Assembly (NCBI RefSeq): GCF_018350175.1
Contig: NC_058368.1
Location: 144,462,001 to 144,526,000 of the forward strand
From: Felis catus
Lineage: Eukaryota
Length of the DNA: 64,000 nucleotides
Reading direction: 5' to 3'
The position numbers and the translations under genes are program-made. Under the pieces are notes generated by a model that was given only the letters and a program-made list of their open reading frames with translations, had not been told where the DNA came from and did no database searches. Of the stretch, positions 1 to 11,877 are shown in pieces. The stretch's first letter is position 1, and every line of letters starts with the position of its first letter.

Positions 1-505
1 AGTGCTACTGCTGGGTCATAGGGTAGGTCTATTTTTAATTTTTTGAGGAACCTGCACACTGTTTTCCAGAGCGGCTGCGCCAGTTTGCATTCCCATCAAC
101 AGTGCAAGAGGGTTCCTGTTTCTCTACATCCTCTCCAGCATCTATAGTCTCCTGATTTGTTCATTTTGGCCACTCTGACTGGTGTGAGGTGATATCTGAG
201 TGTGGTTTTGATTTGTATTTCCCTGATGAGGAGCGATGTTGAGCATCTTTTCATGCATTTTAACAATATTTGTTCTTCTTATCCAGGAGCATGGAATCTT
301 TTTCCATTTTTTTTGTGTCTTCCTCAATTTCTTTCATAAGCTTTCTATAGTTTTCAGTGTATAGATTTTTCACCTCTTTGGTTAGATTTATTCCTGGGTA
401 TTTTATGGATTTTGGTGCAACTGTAAATAGGATCGATTCCTTGATTTCTTTTTCTTTCTCTTTCTGTGCATTGATTTTATATCCTGCAACTTTGCTGAAT
501 TCATG
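1..505 (-). mobile_element. Carnivore L1 ORF2 fragment with internal deletion
   Basis: Similar to L1 copies at 1560-1820 and 45405-45670; minus ORF has [18 protein letters not shown], typical of L1 ORF2. Confidence 0.9.
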
Positions 506-654
506 AAGATTCAGATTTTTTTTTAATGGAGAATGTTTAAAATGTATACTGAAAGTTAAATAAATCCACAGTTTACTCGTTTTTCTCCTTTTTGGTATAA
601 AGTGCCATGTTAATAGAACATTTTTTAAAGCAGTTTTTTATTTATAAAAGTAAT

Positions 655-752
655 GTTTCTTGGATCTAATGTACACAGCATGGTGACTATAGTTAACAAT
701 ACTGCATTGTATACTTGAAATTTGCTAAGAGAGTAGGTCTTGAATGTTCTCA

Positions 753-794
<42 letters not shown>

Positions 795-940
795 AACTTT
801 GTGCAAGTGATAGATTTATTAAGTAACCTTACCATGGTAATCATTTCATAACATATAGTATATCAAATCATCACTTTGTATACTTTAAACTTACACAATA
901 TTATTTGTCAATTATATCTCACTAAAGCTAGGGAGAAAAA
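655..940 (+). mobile_element. Old L1MA/MB-type 3' end with (CA)n at about 754-790
   Basis: atgtacacagcatggtgactatagttaacaatactg...gtcaattatatctcactaaagct, a recalled L1M 3' UTR. Confidence 0.8.
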
Positions 941-1041
941 GGAAATCAGTGAATGGTTATATATAGTGTGTATTTTCTGATTCCATGAATAATGTATAGA
1001 AGTGATTCATTGTTCTTGTACCGTTAAATAGACACATTATT

Positions 1042-2180
1042 TTTTAAATATAATTTATTGTCAGATTGGCTTCAATACAATACCCAGTACTCATCCCAAC
1101 AAGTGCCCTCCTCAATACCCATCACCCATTTTCCCCTCTCCCCCACCTCCTCATCCACCCTCAGTTTGTTCTCTGTATTTAAGAGTCTTTTATCGTTTGC
1201 CTCCCTCCCTCTCTGTAACTATTTTTCCCCCTCCTTCCCCCATGGTCTTCTGTTAAGTTTCTCAAGATCTACATATGAGTGAAAATATTTGATATCTGTC
1301 CTTTACTGACTGACTTATTTCACTCAGTATAATACCTTCCAGTTCCATCCACATTGCTGCAAATGGCATGATTTCATTCTTTCTCATTGCCAGTCAGTAT
1401 TCCATTGTATATACAAACCACATCTTCTTTATCCATTCATCAGGTGATGGACATTTAGGATCTTTCCATCATTTGGCTATTGTTGAAAGCACTGCTATAA
1501 ACATTGGGGTACATGTGCCCCCATGCATCAGCACTCCTGTATCCCTTGGGTAAATTCCTAGTAGTGCAATTGCTGGGTCATAGGGTAGTTCTATTTTTAA
1601 TTTTTTGAGGAACCTCCACACTGTTTTCCAGAGCAGCTGCATCAGTTTGCATTCCCATCAACATTGCAAGAAGGTTCCCATTTCTCCACATCCTCGCCAG
1701 CATCTGTAGTTTCCTGATTTGTTCATTTTAGCCACTCTGACCGGTGTGAGGTGGTATCTCAATATCTCATGCTTTGATTTGTATTTTCCTGATGATGAGT
1801 GACGTTGAGCATCTTTTCATGTGTCTGTTAGCCATCTGGATGTCTTCTTTGGAAAGGTGTCTGTTCATGTCTTCTGCCCATTTCTTCACTGGAGTATTTG
1901 GTTTTTGGGTGTTGAGTTTGGTAAGTTCTTTATAGACTTTGGATACTAGCCCTTTATCCAATATGTTATTTGCAAATATCTTTTCCCATTCCGTTGGTTG
2001 CCTTTTAGTTTTGTTGACTATTTCCTTTGCAGTGCAGAAGCTTTTTTATCTTGATGAGGCCCCAATAGTTCATTTTTTCTTTTAATTCCCTTGCCTTTGG
2101 AGATGTGTCAAGTAAGAAATTGCTGCGGTAAGGTCAAAGAGGTTGTTGCCTGCTTTCTCCTCTTTTGATGGTTTCCTGTG
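1042..2180 (-). mobile_element. 5'-truncated carnivore L1 with 13-bp TSD
   Basis: TSD tagacacattatt at 1029-1041 and 2181-2193; ORF2-like peptide at 1767-1961. Confidence 0.93.
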
Positions 2181-2195
2181 TAGACACATTATTAC

Positions 2196-2398
2196 ATTTT
2201 AAAGTTTATTTATTTATTTTGAGAGAGAGAATGTGAGCAGGAGAGAGGCAGAGAAAGAAGGAGAGACAGAATCCCAAGCAGGCTCTGTGCTGTTAGTGCA
2301 GAACCCAACACTGGGCTCAGTCCCACGAACCATGAAATTGTGATCTGACCTGAAATCAAGAGTTGGATGCTTAACTGACTGAGCCACCCAGGTGCCCC
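2196..2398 (-). mobile_element. Can-SINE
   Basis: T tail, (GA)n, ...gagccacccaggtgcccc head. Confidence 0.92.
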
Positions 2399-2643
2399 CC
2401 AATTTTACATTCACTCTCAGAAAAGGAGTATAATGTTTACTGTGTATAATTTGGAAACCCAAAGTGAATTATAACGTAAGAAAATTAAAATATCCTGAAA
2501 TGTTATCCCTCAGACAAAACTATGTTGTTGGAAGAGTTCCTTCAAGGTTTTTTTTTTTTCTGTGTATGCATGTAAATAATAGACATTTCTAAGGTGGGAC
2601 ATACTTGGGATCATATTGTATGTAGAGTTTTGGATCCTGATTT

Positions 2644-2672
2644 ATTTTTTATTGAGTTATAGTTGACACACA
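2644..2672 (-). mobile_element. 29-bp L1 3' tip insertion
   Basis: ttttattgagttatagttgacacaca flanked by perfect ggatcctgattt (2632-2643, 2673-2684). Confidence 0.7.
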
Positions 2673-2684
2673 GGATCCTGATTT

Positions 2685-2918
2685 TTAAAAATTTTTTGAA
2701 TGTTTATTTCTTTGAGAGAGAAACAGAGACAGAGATGGAGTGTGAGCAGGGGGCGGGGGCAGAGAGAGAGAGAGGGAGACACAGAACCCGAAGCAGGCTC
2801 CAGGCTCCGAGCTGTCAGCACAGAGCCTGATGTGGGGATTGAACCCATGGACTGGACTGTGAGATCATGACCTGAGCTGAAGCCATACAGCCAACTGACT
2901 GAGCCACCCAGGTGCCCC
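2685..2918 (-). mobile_element. Can-SINE
   Basis: Full-length SINE pattern. Confidence 0.93.
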
Positions 2919-5236
2919 TATCCTTTTTTTTTTAATTAAACATTTTGTTGTGAGCATTTTGTTTGCCAGTAAATATTCTTTGAAAACATCATTTTTAATG
3001 ATTTTACAACATTCTTTGTATCACACAGATAAACATTTCCCTACTGTTGGGTATTTAAGTTGCTTTAATATGAAGTTTTGCTTTGCAATTTTAAGTAACG
3101 TTGTAGTGAACAATAGGATTGCACTTGTGAATAAACTTTCAAGGCAGGTGGAGGCACATGCAAGCGTGAACAAACAAAAAAGCAAGAAGCGAGAGTCATC
3201 CTTTTAACCACCACAGTAAGAGGATTTTCCCCAGTTTCTCCACCTTAATTAAAAATTGTGCTCTCTAATAGATACCCCATTTGGATTTTTTTATGAGTGG
3301 TTGAAAACTCAACATAAAACAGATTTCTGGAATGAAACTCAACATAAAAACACGATTTCATCTGTGAATAAAATACAGAAATAAATATGGCCACCTATGA
3401 TCTTCTAATTTCTAGAAATAAAACTGGACTATGAATGCTTTTTGGTGGAATTTACTCTCCCTAGGGATATTTGTTGTGATTAGTTAGAGGGCCTCAGACC
3501 ATGATCAATGAGCTCCATTTGAATGAACAAAGTAAAAATGCCCAGAATTACTATGTTCCATTGATTTTAATCATATTTGGATTATAATGTTTTACATTTT
3601 TGGAAATTTAGGATGTGTTTTCACTCAATGTGCACATTTGATTGATGTGGTAATACTTCTCCTATAAGCTTTTAGTAACTTATGTTGCATTTTACAATAC
3701 CATCATAGAAACAAACAAACAAAAAAAAGTGGTAGCTTTCAGACTGAAATACTTGGCATTTATTTATGTTTTCAGAGCTCTTTGCTGGGTGCATATTTGC
3801 AAAAACATAGAGGTATATGGATGTCTGTGTTGCATTGTATATTTTGGGCCTTTGACCTTTTGATAATAATCAAATGTGAGTACAGGGAACACCATGACCA
3901 TGTGAAAAAGAGGAAAATTCAGTGCTTGGCTTTCGAAGTACTTACCTGAAAAATTTACTTGAAGGATGGCAGATGTTAGTACCAACTGATCTTTACCTTG
4001 GTTGGTTTTTATCTCTTCCTGCAGCCCCTCTGGGCCACAAGATCTCTGATCAGTAAAATTCTCACAACACACTTCTTCATGCAACTACAACATTATTTAC
4101 ATTTTGGCAGTGGGTTTTCGTTTTTCATATTCTTTCATTGTGGTTAGAGAATGGTAAATGTGACTGTTTGGTAATTTTTACCCATCCTTAAATTTGTGTT
4201 ACCTTTTGTGATTTAGAAAGACCAAAAACAAAACAAAAGTTAGGATACTCACTCTTTCCTACCTTTAATGTTGCTGACAGCTGCTTTGCCTCCTTGGTCC
4301 TATTGTTAACCTTACCCCTGAGAGAGAACATTGTATCCCTGGGGCCCCTGACCTGTCCTGCCCCATTGTGGCTCTCCCTGTGGCTTTTGATAATGAGAAT
4401 AATTTTGGCGCACAGACAGAACTCCTGAAAGAATATTACTGAATTTCTTACGTCCTCCTTCTATTTTAAAATTTAACTCCATTGTGAATTTCAGTAAATG
4501 GGCTTTCTAGTTTTAATGGTTAGACAAAACATTTTATTGGAAGATGATTTTAGGGTTCTGGAAGGCAGGTTTGTTTGACTCTCTGTCACTTTGAGTAGAA
4601 GAGGAAGGTCCATAGGCTTTTCACTTGGCAGCCTTGTGGGCTAGCAAAGTGAGATGCTTCCAGACAATCTACTCTTCACACATCCTGTGAGCCCAGTTCC
4701 CAAATCCCTTAGGATTGCCGCTAATGACATCAGAGTAAAATCCAGGCAGGCATTTTCAAGATACTTTATAATCTGTTTTGCACATTTGTCTAAAAGTCAC
4801 TTAAAGTTTTGGAGCTGTGTATTTATATATCGATCATGTTACTGTAGTCCCAATATACCAATACTAGTTACACAGTCACTGTGAAGGGAAACCTTCCCAT
4901 TTAGATTTTACTAAGACTTGCTGTTGTTAATGCTGATACTGTCTGGTTTCTTAGTGCTTGATTGATACCATAGTATGGCTTTCAAGTTTTCTAAGACAAT
5001 CTTGATTTAAAATATTCTATTTCTACAGTCTTATAAGAGCATTTGGGTTTTCAGGCCACGAGATTGTGATTTGCTTTTGGAATTATGGTACCTGTACTTC
5101 CTGATAGCTTTGAAAAAAAATACACAATGCTAGTTAGACTCTTAAATGGCATTCTCAGCAGTCCGTGTGGTACTGAGCTGGAAAGAGACTTTATTACAGC
5201 AAGAGTTGTTTGATGCTGAGGCTTGTGAGTGAGTAG

Positions 5237-5238
<2 letters not shown>

Positions 5239-5288
<50 letters not shown>
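5239..5288. repeat. (GT)n microsatellite
   Basis: Seen directly, about 25 units. Confidence 0.98.
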
Positions 5289-5290
<2 letters not shown>

Positions 5291-6036
5291 CCATGCATGT
5301 ATTATGGTGCTTTAGTAACATTCTCTTTAGGAGGTATCCCAGACAGTTCCTTTCTCATACTAAAAAGTGCTTTTTAAAAAGCAAAGCATCTAGTTTCAAT
5401 GGGAAAATTATGATGCATTAAATTTGTCTTTAGAGAACAATATGTAGAGAATAAAGTGTGTTATAAAGGGAAATAGAAGTTTGACCATGAATTAATTCAC
5501 CAGCAGTGGAGCAATGCAGTGGTGTGGCTCATGCCTCAAAATGATAAATCCGCTGGGGATTAGTGTGGCTTTTCTGCATACATACATTGCTTTGTGGGTT
5601 GTGTAGAGGACCTTGGAGGGACAGGAGTGTGGGGGAGGGAGAAGCAGGAATGTGTTGAAAAGATAATCCTGCATGGTGTTTGGGGAAAATGGAACAAGGA
5701 AAGACGGGAACCTGAGAAGGAGCCTAAGAATTTGGATCTGTGATTAAGGTCTACTGTGTAAAACTTTTCCTGATACCAAACAGGGCTTTACAAAATTAGC
5801 CCAAATTTAGTTCAGAGTGGTGCCTCTCAAAGACTGGGCTCTTGGGAAGAGACCTGGGCTAGCTGGGTTTCAGGTTACGGTGATGGCAGCAGCCCTGCCA
5901 CCCTTGGGCCAGTCATTCTTCATCCTGAGAATGTCTACTGAGAATGTCTCTGGTTGAGGGTACTTGGGTGCAAAGCTGTTCGCTGCCCTGGATGGGCTAC
6001 CCAGGCAAAGGGTACAGTACCCTTCATTTTGCCTCT

Positions 6037-6098
6037 TGGCCTGCAAAGCCTAAAATATTTACTCTCTCGTCCTTTATAGAACAGGTTTGCTGACCTCT
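6037..6098. mobile_element. MER58-like hAT-Charlie terminal fragment
   Basis: tggcctgcaaagcctaaaatatttact...gtttgctgacctct matches recalled MER58A end. Confidence 0.7.
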
Positions 6099-6107
6099 AC
6101 TTTTAGT

Positions 6108-6405
6108 CCTGCACTGTCCATTATGGTAGCCACGAGCCATATGTGGCTTTTGAGCACTTAGAACATGGGTAATCTGAATTGAGGCGTGCTGCATACTTAC
6201 ATTACACATGCTGGAGTTTAAAGACTTGGAACAAAAAAAAGGAACAAAATATCTCAATAATTTTTTATATTTCATTAGATGTTGAAAGGATATTTTGGAT
6301 GCACCAGGTCAAATTAAATGGTTATTGAAATTTGTTTCACCTGTTTGGCTTTACTTTTTTTCCATGCGACTACTAGCAAATTTAAAATTTCATGTGTAGC
6401 TTGTA
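6108..6405. mobile_element. MER33-like hAT-Charlie DNA transposon
   Basis: ctgtccattatggtagccacgagccatatgtggc...actactagcaaatttaaaatt matches recalled MER33. Confidence 0.8.
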
Positions 6406-6614
6406 GTTGTGGTGCACGTTCTGTGTCTCTTGTACGATGCTTTTATATGGCACCCACATTTGTGGGCCACAGAGCTCTTTTTTCAAGGAGCCTCTTGAAT
6501 GAACCTAAATGTCTTCTCTTGGGGCACAAGTTTAGCAAACATGACAGAGCCCTACACATATTCTAGTTTGGGAATTTGTGTTTTGTTGACAGCTAAGCTA
6601 TAGTTTATTTATGT

Positions 6615-7055
6615 ATTTTTAAATTTTTTTAACATTTATTCAATTTTTTAAGTGTTTATTTTTGAGAGAGAGAGAGAGGGAGAGAGAGAGAGCAAGCAAG
6701 AGAGGGGCAGAGAGAGAGGCAGACACAGAATCCAAAGCAGGCTCCAGGCTCTGAGCTGTCAGCACAGAGCCTGACGCGGGGCTTGAACTCATGAACTGTG
6801 AGATCATGACCTGAGTCGAAGTCGGACACTTAACCGACTGAGCCACCCAGGGGTCCCTAACGTTTATTCATTTTTGAGATACAGAGAGCACAAGCAGGGC
6901 TGCGGCAGAGAGAGAGGGAGGGACAGAATTTGAAGCGGGCTCCGGGCTCTTAGCTGACAGCACAGAGCCCAGTGTGGGGCTCGAACTCACAGACAGTGAG
7001 ATCATGGCCTGAGCCCAAGTTGGACACTTAACCGACTGAGCCACTGAGGAGCCCC
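6615..7055 (-). mobile_element. Two nested Can-SINEs (inner 6643-6857 inserted in the tail of the outer)
   Basis: TSD taac[a/g]tttattca at 6630-6642 and 6858-6870. Confidence 0.9.
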
Positions 7056-7229
7056 CAACTGTTATCTTTAAATAAAGAGATATACTTTCTTTTGTATTTT
7101 TCAAATAAAGACACACACACGCACACATATATATTTATGTTTTATTTGAAATTGGGTATTCCTTTATTATTATTCTCCTTTGGTATGTTTTAAACAGTCT
7201 GTGAGCTATATATTTCCTGTGATGTAAAA

Positions 7230-7460
7230 ATCATGACCTTATGTCTATTGTGATTCAGCAGTTTCACTTGTAGGATTCTGTCTTAGGGAAACAACTGAAT
7301 GAGTGTGCAGAGATGTGTGCATATATGTATGCTTCTTACAGCACTGCTTTTAATACTGAAAAATTGGCAACAACCCTGATACCCAACTATGAAGATTAAT
7401 TCCCTAAATTATGGAATATATATGTAATTATTTTGCCAATATAAGTGATGGCAATGAGTT
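7230..7460 (+). mobile_element. Old L1M fragment
   Basis: tgattcagcagtttcacttgtagga...aaaaattggcaacaacc, degenerate ORF2 3' end. Confidence 0.6.
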
Positions 7461-7489
7461 ACTAAAGAGTTTTATAGACACTAAGCATT

Positions 7490-7492
<3 letters not shown>

Positions 7493-7536
<44 letters not shown>

Positions 7537-7695
7537 TTTTTCAATATATGAAATTTATTGTCAGATTGGTTTCCATACAACACCCAGTGCTCATCCCAAA
7601 AGATGTCCTCTTCAATACCCATCACCTGCCCTCCCCTCCCTCCCACCCCCCATCAGCCCTCAGTTTGTTCTAAGTTTTTAAGAGTCTCTTATGCT
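7493..7695 (-). mobile_element. Young 203-bp L1 3' UTR insertion with (TAAA)n tail
   Basis: Perfect 18-bp TSD tagacactaagcatttta at 7475-7492 and 7696-7713; body closely resembles the L1 end at 26940-27095. Confidence 0.93.
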
Positions 7696-8530
7696 TAGAC
7701 ACTAAGCATTTTAAAGAGAAGTATATGAATTTAGACTGAAAATTCTGAGAAAAAGAAAACTGTTTATGTTGATTCTCTTTGGTTGGGGAATTTGGGGTTA
7801 TTTTCATTTTCTTCATGCCTGTTTTTATGGTCTGAATTTCCATAATAGACTTGTATATCTTATATAATTAATTAAAATAATTATTTAACCACACTGTAAC
7901 TAGTGTATGAAACAGCTCCTGGGAAACAGGAAAACTTCAGATTTCTAAGTGAACGTATTTATGTGGTATTGTAATTCACAAAAATAGATTTTGTTGTCAC
8001 ATAATGTGGAACATTAGATAAAAAGCATTTTCCTCCAGATTGGTCACATATTGCAAACAAATTTTCCTAATAATAAGGTAAGTGGTCATTGTTAGGAAGT
8101 AAAGAAGTTTGTACTATCTACAAGGTAAAGTTCTTACTTGAAGACCTGAGATTTATCCTGGGTTCTCCACCTCACCACAAGTGTGACGGCCAGTAATTTT
8201 TCCACTGAAATAATATGCTGAAATTTTAAAATGCTTCATGGCTAGTTATTTTTAAGTGACCCAGGACAGGAAGGATATGGAGGGGGTGGAGTACCATTGG
8301 AACTCCTGCCTGTTGATGGAAAATTGTTTCAAAGTGGACTAAGGCACGACAAGTAGTCTGAAGAGATTGCTGTGTAAAAAACTAAGGTTTTTATTGTGGC
8401 AGCTAAATACAGAGTGTATGCTTGACCCCAATAGGTCTTTGGGTTTGTTTGGCACTTTGTTTACTTCCATGGTGAAATTCTAAGAATTGGTTCAACCGCT
8501 GAAACTTGGACAAGTAAGAAAATGACTTTA

Positions 8531-8769
8531 GGGGTGCCTGGGTGGCTCAGTTGTTAAGCGTCCAACTTCAGCTCAGGTCACGATCTCACGGTCCGTGAGT
8601 TCGAGCCCCGCGTCGGGCTCTGGGCTGATGGCTCAGAGCCTGGAGCCTGCTTCCGATTCTGTGTCTCCCTCTCTCTGCCCCTCCCCCGTTCATGTTCTGT
8701 CTCTCTCTGTCTCAAAAATAAATAAATGTTAAAAAAAATTTTAAAAAAATTAAAAAAAAAAGAAAAGAA
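8531..8769 (+). mobile_element. Can-SINE (CpG-rich, young)
   Basis: TSD aagaaaatgacttta at 8516-8530 and 8770-8784. Confidence 0.95.
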
Positions 8770-9046
8770 AAGAAAATGACTTTAATCAACAGTAGTTGAT
8801 AGGTGAGCCCAGGCTGGCAAGCAGGACTCTCCAAATGGGTTTTACCTTTAACATGCACAACAATAAACAGAATTTATAGAATCCATTACGTGATGTATTC
8901 TGATATTATTTAAATATATTAAATTAAATAAATGTATAATTAAATATATAATTATATTAAACAATTTACATATAACTTCAGCTAAGTTAATGGGAAATGT
9001 CACTGGCAATATATATATCATAAAAAAATCAGTGATAGGTCCTTTA

Positions 9047-9250
9047 TTTAAAATTTTTTTAATGTTTACTTTTGAAAGAGAGAGAGCAAGTAGGGGAGGG
9101 GCAGAGAGAGAGACACACACACAGAATCAGAAGCAGGCTTCAGGCTCTGAGCTTTCAGCACAGAGCCCAGTGTGGTGCTTGAACTCAAGGATGGTGAACA
9201 TGACCTGAACCAAAGTTGAACACTTAACTGACTGAGCCATCCAATCACCC
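9047..9250 (-). mobile_element. Can-SINE
   Basis: SINE pattern; degenerate TSD gt[g/c]atag[g/t]tccttta. Confidence 0.9.
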
Positions 9251-9339
9251 TGGTCATAGTTCCTTTAGATTATTAAAACATTAATGGAGTCAGTGTTACC
9301 TTCTTCGTCCCAATCTGGCACTTTGTAATTCTCCTCTGT

Positions 9340-9525
9340 GTACTCTCCGCCTCATACACATTTCTTACAGCATTGTACAGCATCAGGATAGTTATCTGTG
9401 TATCCATCTGTCTTCTGCTAAACTCTGAGCTCCTTGACTACTACAGCTGTCTTCCTTGCTTTTGTATCCCTAGCTACCAATACAGGACATGTAGTTTTGC
9501 CTATAGATGTTTACTGAAAGAAGGA
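9340..9525 (+). mobile_element. L2 3' end
   Basis: ctgagctccttga...ttgtatccctagc...atgtttactgaa pattern. Confidence 0.55.
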
Positions 9526-11257
9526 AAGTAGGAGAGAAGCATTATGGATGGTAGAATTATTAATTAGTCCCTGTATTCAAAAGGCAGTAGTCTGGATTGC
9601 TCCATTTCAGATGTTTTTGGGATCCAGGAAAGTCCAACATTCTTTAACTGGGAGCTTAAGCTGTGTTTTGCAGGGAGAAATCTGTTAGTATGTGTTAAGG
9701 TCCATTCTTTTATCCCGCCCAGCACTATTTGAATTCAGACCCTCATCCTACCTCAGTTGAACTTCAAGGGACCTCCATGCCCATTTCCATTCCAGCCTCT
9801 ATGTTGTCATCACACCTGTCTCTCTCAATTAGTATGAGCAGATTATTCTCCTGCTTAATGTCTGTTACTGGCTCCCTGTACCTGCTAGATAATGTTGACT
9901 TCTTTGCAGGACAGTGGAGCCCTCTGTGGTCTGGCCCCGTCACTCCCATGCTCCCCATATTTGTGCCCCTGTCATACCATACAGGGTAGTCCTCATTTTT
10001 TAACAGGCCATGTGCTTTGCTGTTTTCCCTGCTTGAAATGCTCTCCAGCTTCCTATTTCTGCCAGATGACAGCCTCTTCTATAGAAGATCGATCATCTGT
10101 CTGACCCTTCCAGGATGTTTGCCCCACCCTTCCTGTGGTGCCTGTCCCGTACTTACCAGTTTTCTGATTTACAGTGACCTTATATACTTGTCTTTTTGCT
10201 TCTTGACCCCTACTTCTTCAACACCCCATCGCTCAGCTATGATGCACAAGAAATGGAAGCTCTCATTTACTGAGTGCTAACTGTATACCAGGCATTGGGT
10301 AGACTTGATTCCTCCTGGATGAAAAAGTACTTGGGGGCAGGAACCAAAGCTTACCTTGGGCTGACCATCTAGCTGGCTAGGGGCTCTCTAAATAAAACAT
10401 ATTGGTTGAATGCAACTTTTTTCCATCGTCTTTTAAAATAAATAGGCAAGTAGCCTAAGTCATTTGAATTCAACGCTCATTTAGGCTTCACATAGACAAT
10501 TTTGGAAATAAGAGGTGGGTGATTATCACTCATTTACTCTGCTAGTTTTAGAGCAAATCATTGCACTTTGGTGGGAGACAGACCAGGGAGGGAACACAGA
10601 GGAATGGTTTTCACTTAATACTTAGAAGATTGCTGAGAACGCTGAGATGAAAGGAGAATAAAGCCAGAATAGTGGTAGTGATAAGTGTAAAATGTAGATT
10701 CTTGGTTAAAGGAAAACCATGATGAAATAGCTCATCACATTTTCATATGACTTGAAATATTTTGTGACATACATTCTGTTCTTCAGCTGCCATTCTCCAT
10801 CTCTCCTGTAACTTTTTGCTTGTTTTCAAGTATGGTGTGAAATTTCCTTACCCCATCACTCTGCCAATCCAGGTGGCATTTCCTTAGAGAGCTGCGTTAG
10901 GGATCACCTCTAAAACACTTCCCGTTATGTCTGTAATCTTTGCCTTATTTCATCATACCACATGGTCATTTTGACTTAGAAGTAGTTTTGAAATGAATGT
11001 ATTTTAGATAGAGATTTTTGTCTCTTTAGTCTGCAAAGTCCTTGTAGCCAACGACTGTGTCTTATTTTTCTTTTAAATTACCTAGAGTTCTTAGTACCAT
11101 TCTATGAAGGTTGTTATTAAATGTTAGAGTCTTGCTGAATTAAGTCATTTTTAAGTGTTTAAAATCTTAGTGGATGGATATATAGTCCAGGCCCTGAAAG
11201 ATACTGTTTGTATTTATTTGGTAGCAAGTCTTTCTAAAAGAAAGGTATAACCTTTCT

Positions 11258-11298
11258 TTTTTGTTTTAGTTTTTTTAATGCTTATTTATTTTTGAGAC

Positions 11299-11345
<47 letters not shown>

Positions 11346-11510
11346 ATGAACGGGGAAGGGTAGAGAGACAGGGAGACACAGAATCTGAAGCAAACTCCAG
11401 GCTCTGAGCTGTCAGCACAGAGCCCGATGAGGGGCTTGAACTTGTGAACCACAAGATCGTGACCTGAGCCGAAGTTGGATGCTTAACCAACTGAGCCACC
11501 CAGGCGCCTC
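11258..11510 (-). mobile_element. Can-SINE with long (GA)n
   Basis: Full SINE pattern. Confidence 0.93.
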
Positions 11511-11550
11511 TAGCAGTCCAACCTTTCTGTGCTTTAGTTTTTCATCTCTT

Positions 11551-11737
11551 GGGGCACGTGGATGGCTCAGTCAGTTAAGTGTCCAGCTCTTGGTTTCAAC
11601 TCAGGTCATGATCTCACTGTTTGTGAGTTTGAGCCCCACATTGGGCTCTGCACTGACAGTGTGGGCCCTGCTTGGGATTCTCTGTCTCCCTCTCTCTTCC
11701 TCTCCCCCGCCCCTCAAAAATATATAAATATTAAAAA
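11551..11737 (+). mobile_element. Can-SINE (older subfamily)
   Basis: ggggcacgtggatggctcagtcagttaag head; TSD ttttcatctctt. Confidence 0.9.
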
Positions 11738-11774
11738 TATTTTTTTCATCTCTTAATAAGGCCGAAACATCACT

Positions 11775-11877
11775 TCATCTACCTCATTGATGCGGGATGT
11801 TGGTGTTGTGAGGAGTATGTAAAACACTTGGCAATGCCTGGCACATGGTAAATGCTCAGTAAATATTAGCCATTATG
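11775..11877 (+). mobile_element. MIR 3' part
   Basis: tgcctggcacatggtaaatgctcagtaaatattagc. Confidence 0.75.

Noticed and set aside
6640..6846. Recurrent MAQSVKCPT...SSSPASGSVLTAQSLEP ORF family
   Set aside because: Can-SINE translations, not a gene family.
1029..7713. Two L1 TSDs both starting tagacac
   Set aside because: A 7-bp match between two sites is plausible by chance; L1 endonuclease specificity acts at the other end.
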